64,000 nucleotides of DNA. It comes from Candidatus Nanohaloarchaea archaeon. GTDB lineage: Archaea > Nanohalarchaeota > Nanosalinia > Nanosalinales > Nanosalinaceae. How positions within the stretch are numbered: the stretch's first letter is position 1; each line of letters starts with the position of its first letter. Under the pieces are notes generated by a model. That model did not search any database. It saw only the letters and a list, made by a program, of their open reading frames with translations, and was not told the DNA's origin. Positions 16,304 to 24,643 of the stretch are shown here, piece after piece. The position numbers and the translations under genes were made by a program. The DNA lies in contig JBDGRK010000018.1 in NCBI GenBank assembly GCA_042218075.1, positions 1,388 through 65,387 on the forward strand, in the 5' to 3' direction.

Positions 16304-16729
16304 ATGTTGAGCTGGAGATCTTTTTTAATATCAGTCACGGAAAGCTGCGGAGCACTAAAAGTAGAACCGCTAAAGAAGTTCGTTGAAGACCACAACTATG
16401 ATACATTAATCACCGGTATTAGGGGAAGCGACATGATAGCACAGGAAAACGGAGAAACAGAGATAGAACTTATTGAACAGAAAAAAGAACCAGCAAAATA
16501 CACAAGAGTAAACCCACTGAAAAACTGGGATGAAGCCAACGTCTGGGCATACCTCAAAGCAGAAACAGTATCATACCCGGAACTCTACGACCAGGGATAC
16601 AGGCACACCGACTCCAAATGCTGCACATCCAAAGAAGATCGGGAAGGAGCACAGGAATACGGAGAAGGCGGAATAGATGCGGAAAAACAGGCAGCCAAGG
16701 AAGATCTCCAGGACATGGGATATGTGTGA
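16304..16729 (+). CDS. PAPS-reductase-family protein lacking the N-terminal PP-loop part (probably a 5'-truncated remnant)
   Basis: CGALKVEPLKKFV...TRVNPLKNWDEANVWAYLKAETVSYPELYDQGYRHTDSKCCT matches the C-terminal half of PAPS/APS reductase-like proteins. There is a stop just upstream and a TTG start. Confidence 0.55.
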   Translation: MLSWRSFLISVTESCGALKVEPLKKFVEDHNYDTLITGIRGSDMIAQENGETEIELIEQKKEPAKYTRVNPLKNWDEANVWAYLKAETVSYPELYDQGYRHTDSKCCTSKEDREGAQEYGEGGIDAEKQAAKEDLQDMGYV

Positions 16730-16781
16730 TCTTTTCAGGATGTAAGGAAAAGAATACCAGATCTAAATGCAGTGATGTAAC

Positions 16782-17090
16782 TCAGTAGAATCTTTTGAGT
16801 CTTACAACTGTTGCTTCCAGATCTCCCTTACTCATATTTTTGACTACCTGTTCGATCGCAGAAACTATTTCATCCGGGTTTCTGTGATGCATTCTGGGGT
16901 CGAAAAGTATTCCAAAATGATTTTTACCATCTCTGTGTTTATTTTCAAAGTCCCAGTCCCTAGTTAGAATGGGCGCTTCCTTATTTTCCGAGAGTTCGAT
17001 TATTCCTTCGTCTGTTTCGGATATTTCAGGTCTTAGAGTCTCTATCCCAAGCTCTTTTTGAATTTTTTCTCCGATTACAGGATTTACCAT
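16782..17090 (-). CDS. DUF5615-like (PIN-like) toxin
   Basis: ...DEGIIELSENKEAPILTRDWDFEN...HFGILFDPR...PDEIVSAIEQVV. It lies downstream of a DUF433 gene. Confidence 0.55.
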   Translation of the reverse strand: MVNPVIGEKIQKELGIETLRPEISETDEGIIELSENKEAPILTRDWDFENKHRDGKNHFGILFDPRMHHRNPDEIVSAIEQVVKNMSKGDLEATVVRLKRFY

Positions 17091-17126
17091 TTCATCGCAG
17101 ATGATTGTAGAGATGTTCAGAAAGTA

Positions 17127-17402
17127 TCACGCTGCGGCTGAGCGGCTCTGTCTCTCAACTATCTGTTTCGTTAGTTCCGATGTTGCCTGTTGTCTTATCT
17201 CATCAGGATGTAACCGAGCGTATCTTATCGCCTGTCTTACTGCTTCTCTATCCAGTGCTTCGTACTTTTCAGCTATCTCTTCAACAGTCTCGCCGTTTAA
17301 TACATTCATCTCATATACCTGGATGACCGAGATACGCGAATTTTTAATCCTCGGGTTCTCTCTCAATTTCTCATCAAATCTAAGTTTGTCTATAGCTGAC
17401 AT
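17127..17402 (-). CDS. DUF433-family antitoxin
   Basis: RISVIQVYEMNVLNGETVEEIAEKYEALDREAVRQAIRYA is the characteristic DUF433 core. Confidence 0.7.
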   Translation of the reverse strand: MSAIDKLRFDEKLRENPRIKNSRISVIQVYEMNVLNGETVEEIAEKYEALDREAVRQAIRYARLHPDEIRQQATSELTKQIVERQSRSAAA

Positions 17403-17467
17403 ATTACCACATATACCAATTCATGGCTGAATCTAATTAATCTTTCGTTTACAGATAGCACTTCAAG

Positions 17468-17534
17468 GGAAGATGGAGTCGATGAAGAAAAACAGGCAGC
17501 CAAGGAAGAACTACAAGACATGGGATACGTATAA
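17468..17534 (+). pseudogene. Duplicate of the last ~20 codons of gene 16304-16729
   Basis: GRWSRXEEKQAAKEELQDMGYV* matches ...GGIDAEKQAAKEDLQDMGYV*. There is about 48 nt of near-identity, plus similar post-stop bases. Confidence 0.7.
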
Positions 17535-17649
17535 TCTCCTGATATACGACCTTGGTGAAAAACTTCTTGACCTGGATTAAACTAGAATAGCAAAGAAGAC
17601 TGGTTTCACACCGACTACGAAGGTTATGTAGGGATGAAGTAATCACCGG

Positions 17650-19314
17650 TCATATTTTTTGATCTGTGCTGGCCTGGTATCTGTTGAGGTGACCGGTTCT
17701 GTTTACCTCAATTAGATCTTCGTCTTCTAGTTTCCGCAGTTTGTTGTAGATCTGATGGTCGGGAAAGTCCAGTTCTTTGCGCAGGTCTTCTATTGTCTTC
17801 GGCTGTTCAAGGTAGACAAGTAATGCTTTCTCCAGGCAGTATGAGATCAGTTTCTGATGGATTGGCGGATCGATACTTTCTCGCTGTTTCAGAATATCGA
17901 TTGTGTCCAAGACTGCGAATGAGAAGAGCTGGCCTGTTAAGCTATCTTGCCGTTTGGTTTCTTCCAGGAGATCGTCCCATTTGATACCGGTTTGCCGGAT
18001 GATCAGTGCTGCATCCTCCAGGTCTCCTTCCCGCTCAGTAATCGATTTAAAAAGAAAGATGTCGGATAGAGAGATGAGATGAAGTTCGAGGTTTCCATAG
18101 TTGAAAGACCGGTCGACACGCTGTTTCATCGATTCTGTTAGTTCGAGTTTACCAGCAACCGCCTGTAAGAAGATATCATAACGTGGTGAACCCTCTTTCT
18201 CGAATACAACTGCCGGATCAAGCTCTTCGTACGCATCCTCCAAATCACTCCGTTCACTGTAACCAATGCTACGGAGTGCTTCACTCAGACTCTGAAAATC
18301 CTGTTCGCTGTCGACAACGATATCAAGATCCTTGGTCGAGTCCTTCAATTCTCGAAGAATCAAATTCCCGCCACCCAGAAGATAAGCGTCAACACTCTTA
18401 TCGAGTGATTCTCCTAACTCTCTGAGACCGTTCCGCAGGCTTTTCTCGGGATGGTGGCCACGGAGGAATACATCATAGTCCTGGGCCAGCGACGTAAATT
18501 CATCCCGGGGCAGGAAGCGGTCTTCTCGTTTCGGATCACGTTGATCGCTATAGGCCAGGGTATCAGCCCATTCCTCAACACACCCCCATTTGTTCGCAAG
18601 TTTCCACAGCTTCGAGGACTCCAGGATCGACCGATGCTTCAAGTAGAAAATAGCCGTCATCGAAGCCTGCTTCCTGTTATCGGCAGTCTTCACTGCGTGA
18701 ATCAGTACGTTCTCAATACCCGGTTCCTGGTTGCCAGGGTAAAACTGCTGTTTGACCGGATAGTAATCGATTCCATATCTTTGGAAGGCTGAGAACCCTG
18801 TAAGAACGCCTTCAACGTCTTCGCCTCCATCGGTGACGACGATCTGTTCTCCATCTGCCTCATAGACATTACCGGTATCTGAAGAGGTAGACGCAGTTAG
18901 GAAATCTTCCAGTGTCTGGTCTGCGATCCTATAACTGTCATCCTCAACTTTCTCTACCGCTCCGACTGTCTGGAGATCACTGAGCGCGGTATATGCAGTA
19001 GAGGCCGGGAATCCTTGTTTTTCAAGTTCAGAAACAGTTTTAGGTTGTTGATGAAGGCTTCGCAGGATTTCTTCTTTCTTCCCTGAGAGCAGTTGCCTGG
19101 CATCGTATTTCCTGAAGAGCTGGCCTAGCAAACGTGCCTCGAACGTATCCGCGTACTTGATCGACTGGTTTTTTTCCACGAGATTTACTTCAGAGAGCTC
19201 TTTGACGACCTCTGATATCCAGCCCTGATTCTTGTCCAACCTATCGGCTAATTCTGACACTGTACATGACCTGTGCTGGAGTTCTTCCAGTAGATCTAAC
19301 TCCACACGCCTCAT
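17650..19314 (-). CDS. Multi-wHTH protein fused to a nucleotidyltransferase-fold (DUF6036/AbiEii-like) domain
   Basis: wHTH segments at the N-terminus (CTVSELADRLDKNQGWISEVVKEL; KTVSELEKQGFPASTAYTALSDL) and the C-terminus (TIEDLRKELDFPDHQIYNKLRKLEDEDLIEV). Central YLLGGGNLILRELKDSTKDLDIVV nucleotidyltransferase motif. Confidence 0.6.
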   Translation of the reverse strand: MRRVELDLLEELQHRSCTVSELADRLDKNQGWISEVVKELSEVNLVEKNQSIKYADTFEARLLGQLFRKYDARQLLSGKKEEILRSLHQQPKTVSELEKQGFPASTAYTALSDLQTVGAVEKVEDDSYRIADQTLEDFLTASTSSDTGNVYEADGEQIVVTDGGEDVEGVLTGFSAFQRYGIDYYPVKQQFYPGNQEPGIENVLIHAVKTADNRKQASMTAIFYLKHRSILESSKLWKLANKWGCVEEWADTLAYSDQRDPKREDRFLPRDEFTSLAQDYDVFLRGHHPEKSLRNGLRELGESLDKSVDAYLLGGGNLILRELKDSTKDLDIVVDSEQDFQSLSEALRSIGYSERSDLEDAYEELDPAVVFEKEGSPRYDIFLQAVAGKLELTESMKQRVDRSFNYGNLELHLISLSDIFLFKSITEREGDLEDAALIIRQTGIKWDDLLEETKRQDSLTGQLFSFAVLDTIDILKQRESIDPPIHQKLISYCLEKALLVYLEQPKTIEDLRKELDFPDHQIYNKLRKLEDEDLIEVNRTGHLNRYQASTDQKI

Positions 19315-19770
19315 ATATTACAACTATACCAATAACACTTAAATATTTATTGCCATAGCTGAAATAAAACCCGAATTCAGCCAAAAACCCTCCTTACCAT
19401 CCTTCTTCAGTAACAAACTTGAATCAGAGTTTGAAAACCAGCCTAAAAAGGTCAAAACCACACCAACCTAGAGCCACAGCCGCAACATTCCACACCAAGA
19501 GAGGAGTGTCAGCCTACTCCCTTAATGGCAGTAATCGGGCTTGAGCGAAATACATACAGCCAGAAAATACATTCAGTCAAGTGAAGAAGCCGCAGCAAGG
19601 GAATCAGGAGCAAGCACCAATAATAGGCCAGCCAAACAAGTTTCCTGAAATGTCAAATATTTAAGAATTTTCCCATGAAGAAGCGGGAAGCGACATGATT
19701 AGAGAGGATTTAAACACCGGAAATGCAGTTCCTGTCCAACAATTTAAATATTTCGTTGTACTTAGTGATT

Positions 19771-19856
19771 AATGTGGGAGCCCTGTTGGCGAGCCCCGGA
19801 TAGCAGGGTGCAACCACAGGTATCGGCCCCTAAATACTACCGGGGCTTCCCACATT
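19771..19856 (+). ncRNA. Candidate structured small RNA of unknown class
   Basis: A GC-rich island in an intergenic region. AAUGUGGGAGCCC (19771-83) pairs with GGGCUUCCCACAUU (19843-56). Alternative perfect 8-bp pairing AGCCCCGG/CCGGGGCU, and a 7-bp pairing CCUGUUGG/CCACAGG. TTTAAATA box at 19743-19750, about 25 nt upstream. Confidence 0.35.
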
Positions 19857-19912
19857 CTACATTTCCAATTAACCATAAAATTATTTCGCCCAGTATCCCA
19901 CCCGTGGTATAG

Positions 19913-20392
19913 TTGGGCATACAAACTGCCGGAATTGATCAATCTGGAAAGGTAAATAAGTCCGAGCACGACACAGCTATCGTGTACTGTCCTCTTGACT
20001 CCAAGAAACCAAAATGTTCGGTTTTTATTCCAAAAGAGGTAACTATTAAGGTAGAGGACAGACTGAAGAAACCGTTCAAAAGAAACTACAGAGTATCCTG
20101 GTTCGGCCCCAAAATGTTCTCAATAGGCTTGTATTTCCTGTTGAGAGATGTTATAGAAGATATAAATCAAATACATATGGAAGACGAGTATCCAGGCAAC
20201 ATGGATGCAATCCTAGATACATTGTCAAACTGGTTCCGGGACGACAGAATTGAGTTTGATCGAGATATGATTACCTGTCCTCCGGCCCAGAACAACTTTA
20301 GAGCCCATGAACTTGCAAATGAGATCAGGAAGAATCCAGATAAATCAGGAATACAACTGGACTATTACCATTTCAAAAGAAAACTTCTTTAA
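19913..20392 (+). CDS. Hypothetical protein (possibly an RNase-H-like / DUF3800-like fold)
   Basis: N-terminal AGIDQSGK and C-terminal RAHELANEI are weakly reminiscent of DUF3800-type proteins. TTG start. Confidence 0.4.
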   Translation: MGIQTAGIDQSGKVNKSEHDTAIVYCPLDSKKPKCSVFIPKEVTIKVEDRLKKPFKRNYRVSWFGPKMFSIGLYFLLRDVIEDINQIHMEDEYPGNMDAILDTLSNWFRDDRIEFDRDMITCPPAQNNFRAHELANEIRKNPDKSGIQLDYYHFKRKLL

Positions 20393-20558
20393 TAACCAAA
20401 AAGTCCTTCTTGTAAGCTAACAAGGAGAAAACACTTTACTAATCATAAGTTGAAGAGACTAAGATTCGTGGGAGGTGAGGGAAAAATCTGTTATCATATC
20501 CAGATTAGTCATATCTAAATTAGTCATTTTTAAATAAGTTAAATTTCTACGTGTTTTC

Positions 20559-21935
20559 ATGGAGTTTTTGAACCGGGAGGCCGAGCTTGAAACTTTGAAC
20601 AGTATCTATGAAAAAGGAGGTTTTTTACCGATATATGGCAGGAGAAGGATTGGAAAGACGCGTCTGATACAGGAGTTCTTCAGTGATAAGAAGGGTGTCT
20701 ACTATCTCGCAGCCCAGGAACCTGAGGGTCAGCAGGTAGAGGAATTCAAGAATTTGATGGCTGAGCATCTTGAAGATGATTTTCTTGAAGAGTCGGACAT
20801 AAGTGACTGGAAGCAGCTTTTCAACTACCTGGAGCAGAATATGGACACTGAAAATAAGAGAAGTATCATTATAGACGAGGTCACCTACATTATCAAGAGG
20901 AGTGAATCTTTCCCTTCGTATCTCCAGAAGTTCTGGGACGGCTTCCTGAAAGATTCGGATACGAGCTTGATCCTTTCCGGTTCGCTTATCGGTTTGATGA
21001 AGGAGAGTATTCTAAATCGTTCATCTCCCGTCTACGGCAGAAGGTCGGCCCAGATCAACTTGAGGCCTCTGGAAATTAATCACCTACAGCATCTTTTCGA
21101 TGGTTTTGAGAAAACGATTAAAGTATACTCAGTTCTCGGGGGTGTTCCCAAATATTACGAGGAAGCCAATTACAGCTACGATTTCTCCGAAATGATCAAC
21201 GAAATGCTGGAGCCAGACAGCTTCTTCTTTGAGGAAGGCTTTTTCCTGTTAAGCCAGGAGTTCAAGGAACTGGGACAGTACAATGCCATACTCCGTTCCA
21301 TATCACAGGGACAGCATGAAGCACCTGAGATAGCCAACGATATAGGTATGGATAATCGGCAAATATACAACTACCTGGACAAGCTCTACGAGATAGGTCT
21401 GGTTGAAAGGCAAAAACCTGTCACGAAAGAAGGCAGTGGACGGGGACAGAGGTACTATGTAAAAGACCATTTTACACGTTTCTGGTTCAAGACCATCTTC
21501 CCGGAGAGAAGTCGTATACAGTCCAGAAAAACCGGCTTCAGGCATGTGAAGAAAAAGGTCAAGCACCTGACCGGCCAGACGTTTGAAGAGTTAAGCAGGG
21601 AAGCCACAGCGAAACAGGGCGAGTACCAGAAAACAGGTCGATGGTGGTACAGGGAAGATGAAATAGATGTGGTGGCGCTGAACGAGGAAAGTGAGAGAAT
21701 ACTGTTTGGAGAAGCCAAATGGACAAATCAAAAAGTAGGTATGAAAATGTTAACTGACCTTGAGGAGAAAAGCCAAAAGGTTAGATGGCATGATCAAGAG
21801 TCTCGGAACGAAGAGTATGCACTTTTCTCCAAAAACGGGTTCAGAGATGATCTAAAACGAGAAGCCGAGCAGCGGGAAGACCTGGCTTTATACAATCTGG
21901 ATGAGATATTTGATGTTTTGGCTGGAGCGAGGTAG
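20559..21935 (+). CDS. Archaeal ATPase (Arch_ATPase + DUF234 type, COG1672)
   Basis: FLNREAELETLNSIYEKGGFLPIYGRRRIGKTRLIQEF (Walker A) and SIIIDEVTYI (Walker B). C-terminal ...WWYREDEIDVVALNEESERILFGEAKWTNQKV is a DUF234-like nuclease-fold tail. Confidence 0.85.
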   Translation: MEFLNREAELETLNSIYEKGGFLPIYGRRRIGKTRLIQEFFSDKKGVYYLAAQEPEGQQVEEFKNLMAEHLEDDFLEESDISDWKQLFNYLEQNMDTENKRSIIIDEVTYIIKRSESFPSYLQKFWDGFLKDSDTSLILSGSLIGLMKESILNRSSPVYGRRSAQINLRPLEINHLQHLFDGFEKTIKVYSVLGGVPKYYEEANYSYDFSEMINEMLEPDSFFFEEGFFLLSQEFKELGQYNAILRSISQGQHEAPEIANDIGMDNRQIYNYLDKLYEIGLVERQKPVTKEGSGRGQRYYVKDHFTRFWFKTIFPERSRIQSRKTGFRHVKKKVKHLTGQTFEELSREATAKQGEYQKTGRWWYREDEIDVVALNEESERILFGEAKWTNQKVGMKMLTDLEEKSQKVRWHDQESRNEEYALFSKNGFRDDLKREAEQREDLALYNLDEIFDVLAGAR

Positions 21936-21936
21936 T

Positions 21937-22162
21937 TTACTGTAATTCTTCTGGCCTGTGAACTTCTAGTTCCTCGATCTTCTGGAAATCACAGTCTTGG
22001 GTAAATATAGAACATCCGTGACTGACAGCTATCCTTCTCTCTCTTCAAGTATTTCCTCTTTAACCTCTTCTATCCCAGGGTAGCGCCTTCAAGCTCGGTA
22101 ATGTTCTCTATCTCGACTTTCTATGGAACCCTGCCGTACCTCGCTGTTCCATCACCATAGAA
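21937..22162 (-). pseudogene. Decayed remnant: a PIN-domain C-terminus plus a fragment of a 14596-type gene
   Basis: The minus strand reads ...GDGTARYGRVP*... (matching 14726-14778) and then ...IAVSHGCSIFTQDCDFQKIEELEVHRPEELQ* (PIN C-terminal pattern). There are several stops. Confidence 0.45.
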
Positions 22163-22246
22163 ACGATTATGTATTATATAATTCTTGTTCTTTAGACTCC
22201 GGGCCAGAAACCGGGTTGAAACAGTTGGATGAATGAGTATCAAAAT

Positions 22247-22399
22247 CTACTTTTCCAAAACCGTCTTCTGCTGTCCGGACCAGTCTTCATCAGGATTGTC
22301 TCTGACGTACTCAGCCCATCTCTTTACAAAGTCGAGCCTCTGCTTCCTGTTCTTCCTCTTTTTCTCCTCAAGTTTCTCCAAGTCTTTCGAGTTCTCCAT
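22247..22399 (-). CDS. 50-aa basic/acidic small ORF downstream of the nucleotidyltransferase gene
   Basis: My own translation gives MENSKDLEKLEEKKRKNRKQRLDFVKRWAEYVRDNPDEDWSGQQKTVLEK. The (F)V..WAEYVR...D.(D/E)WS.QQ motif recurs in small archaeal proteins, as far as I remember. Confidence 0.3.
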   Translation of the reverse strand: MENSKDLEKLEEKKRKNRKQRLDFVKRWAEYVRDNPDEDWSGQQKTVLEK

Positions 22400-22958
22400 G
22401 TACACTCATTTCTCCTGCAATCTTTTCTAATTTTCCCTCATCTATATCCTCCCTGAAAACTGTAAAAAGATGGAGAGCATCTTCGAAATCTTTTTGCGAT
22501 CCAAGGTAAAGCTTGTAGGCTATCTGCAATTCAATGGGGCTAATATACAGTACCTCTTCTCCCATCTCAACCCTGACTCTCTGCTCAATACAGTCTCTAT
22601 CCCAGGAAGTAGACGGATAGAAAATCTCAAAATTAGGTACTGTCTCTCCATCCTCCGCCAACCGAATCGACAGATCATCTTCAAGCCTGTCCTCTGCTTC
22701 TTCCCTTTTTGTGGCATCTACACTCCAGTAACCAGAGTCAATTAACTTCCCAAACTTACTATTATCGAAAGTTGCCGGGTCCAGAAGTAAATCTACGTCT
22801 TCAGTACCTCTGCTTCTACCAGTGAGGATCGCAACATAACCGCTCACTACCACATACTTCACATCCAAACTTTCCAGCTTCTCTGTAAAATCAAGCACCT
22901 TCTGATCCAGATCAGTTAACTTCTTTCCCAGCACCAGTTTTTCGCCTTCAAGTTTCAT
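22368..22958 (-). CDS. Nucleotidyltransferase-fold protein
   Basis: From ATG 22958: MKLEGEKLVLGKKL...YVVVSGYVAILTGRSRGTEDVDLLL (GS...DxD) and ...ISPIELQIAYKLYLGSQKDFEDALHL. Confidence 0.55.
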   Translation of the reverse strand: MKLEGEKLVLGKKLTDLDQKVLDFTEKLESLDVKYVVVSGYVAILTGRSRGTEDVDLLLDPATFDNSKFGKLIDSGYWSVDATKREEAEDRLEDDLSIRLAEDGETVPNFEIFYPSTSWDRDCIEQRVRVEMGEEVLYISPIELQIAYKLYLGSQKDFEDALHLFTVFREDIDEGKLEKIAGEMSVHGELERLGET

Positions 22959-23061
22959 GAAACAACAATTAAGAACCAGTCTAATTAACATTACGTCAAT
23001 TTCTATTCTCAGGATTTTGCTCTGGAAAATTGATTTAATGATCAAGCATACCTGAACATTC

Positions 23062-23370
23062 ATGGAACTAGACAAACACACTCACAGGGAAGCCTTCGAA
23101 TCACTGGCCTCTGAGCTTACAGAATACCCAAGTGTGGAAAAGGTAAAGCTGTTCGGTTCAGTCGCAAGAGGAGAACACGGAGTAAACTCGGATGTAGATA
23201 TACTGGTAGAAATATCGGATCACTCAGATACAGAAAAAATCGAGGAAAAAGCCTTCCAGAAATCCTCCGAATTCGGAGTCTCGATCACACCCATCATAGT
23301 AGAAAAAGGCGAGAAAACACCGGTAACAGAAAAGGCAGAGAAAGAGGGGATAGAGTATGTCCCAGGTTGA
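23062..23370 (+). CDS. Minimal nucleotidyltransferase (MNT antitoxin)
   Basis: KLFGSVARGEHGVNSDVDILVEI. It overlaps the downstream HEPN gene. Confidence 0.8.
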   Translation: MELDKHTHREAFESLASELTEYPSVEKVKLFGSVARGEHGVNSDVDILVEISDHSDTEKIEEKAFQKSSEFGVSITPIIVEKGEKTPVTEKAEKEGIEYVPG

Positions 23371-23740
23371 AAAAGAACTCGAACTGTCAGAGGAGGCACT
23401 CGCGGACCTCGAATCCATGGAGGAGGTGTCGCTAAGAAGAAGGTACTCGACGCTTTACTACGCAGTCTACCACGGAGCGAGAGCCGCTCTTCTGTCAATA
23501 AAATACTCTCCGGAAACTCATGCCGGTCTCGACAGCCTGATCCACAATATAATGGTTAAAGAAAATGAAATACTGGAGGAAAACGAAGCATCAACTTTCT
23601 CAAAGATCAAGACCAGAAGAGAACAGGCAGACTACGAAACAGGATTCCTCGGAGATGAAGAAGAATTCAAGGAACTGAAGAATGATGCAAAAGAACTTGT
23701 AGAAAAATTCGAGAGGATAGCCAGGAAAAATACAGGATAG
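23357..23740 (+). CDS. HEPN-domain toxin (intact)
   Basis: ...YYAVYHGARAALLSIKYSPETHAGL...TRREQADYE (Rx4-6H-like region). Confidence 0.8.
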   Translation: MSQVEKELELSEEALADLESMEEVSLRRRYSTLYYAVYHGARAALLSIKYSPETHAGLDSLIHNIMVKENEILEENEASTFSKIKTRREQADYETGFLGDEEEFKELKNDAKELVEKFERIARKNTG

Positions 23741-23780
23741 AAGCAAAAATCACTTGAAATTCTAAAACAGATATGAAAGT

Positions 23781-24227
23781 ATGAGACAGCTACAAAACGG
23801 GAAAAGGATAAAAGAAAGATTCAGGGAGAATAGAAATGAAATAGTGGAAGTATTTGAAGAGACAGAGGGAGTTGAACTGGCCTATGTTTTCGGTTCCATG
23901 GTTGAAGGAGAGGTAGGAAGACTGAGCGACATCGACTTCGGTATCTATCTAAGAGAGGAGGAAAACTTTATAGAGAAAAAACTTGAACTCAGGAGGAAAC
24001 TTTCAGTCTTAGTGGGAGAAGACATGGACATAGTGGTAATGAATACATCTAACCGGCTTTTGAACTACAATATAATTTCAGGAGGCGAACTCCTCTATGA
24101 GAAGTTACAGCAGAAAAAGGTGGAAGTCGAAACCGATATTATGAGAAAATACCTGGACAGGAGATACCACGACAAAAGGCACACTGAGAAAAGACTGGAG
24201 AGATTCGTGGAGAAGGGATTGAAATGA
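23781..24227 (+). CDS. mntA: MntA-type nucleotidyltransferase antitoxin
   Basis: AYVFGSMVEGEVGRLSDIDFGIYL. ATGA overlap with the following DUF86 gene. Confidence 0.8.
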   Translation: MRQLQNGKRIKERFRENRNEIVEVFEETEGVELAYVFGSMVEGEVGRLSDIDFGIYLREEENFIEKKLELRRKLSVLVGEDMDIVVMNTSNRLLNYNIISGGELLYEKLQQKKVEVETDIMRKYLDRRYHDKRHTEKRLERFVEKGLK

Positions 24228-24643
24228 AGGAAGAACTCGAACAAAAACTTGAAGAGCTGGATGAAAGGGTTTCAAGATTGAGAGATCACTCGGATATAGG
24301 ACTTGAGTAACTGGAAGAGGACGTAATGCTGCAGAACGCTCTGGAGAGAAACTTCCAGGTTGCTCTGGAGATAGTTCTCGATATATGCTCCATGATAATC
24401 TCACACGAGGAGATGGAGAAGCCGGGAGAATACAGAGAAATGATCAAGAAGCTTGGAGAAACAGAAATTCTTCCTGAAGACTTCGCCGAGAGATTCCAGA
24501 ATGCAGCAGGGTTCAGGAACGTACTCGTACACCAGTACACAGAAATTCAGGTAGAAAGACTGCATGAGTACCTGACGGATAACCTGGAAGACTTTGACAC
24601 CTTCACCAAGAACATAGCAGAATACGCGAGAAAGCAGGAATGA
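24224..24643 (+). pseudogene. hepT: HepT (DUF86 HEPN) toxin interrupted by one in-frame TAA at 24308-24310
   Basis: MKEELEQKLEELDERVSRLRDHSDIGLE*LEEDVMLQNALERNFQVALEIVLDI...AAGFRNVLVHQY (RxxxxH motif). Both halves are in the same frame. Confidence 0.7.

Noticed and set aside
16420-19720. A 15-nt identity (GGGAAGCGACATGAT) between the PAPS-reductase-like gene (about 16425) and the intergenic region at about 19685, as a possible third gene fragment.
   Set aside because: A single 15-mer match is within chance expectation for all-against-all comparison in 64 kb, and the flanking sequence does not align.
19769-19969. ORF 19769-19969 (-), 66 aa.
   Set aside because: It lies antisense across the structured GC-rich RNA element and the start of the downstream gene, and it has no coding signature.
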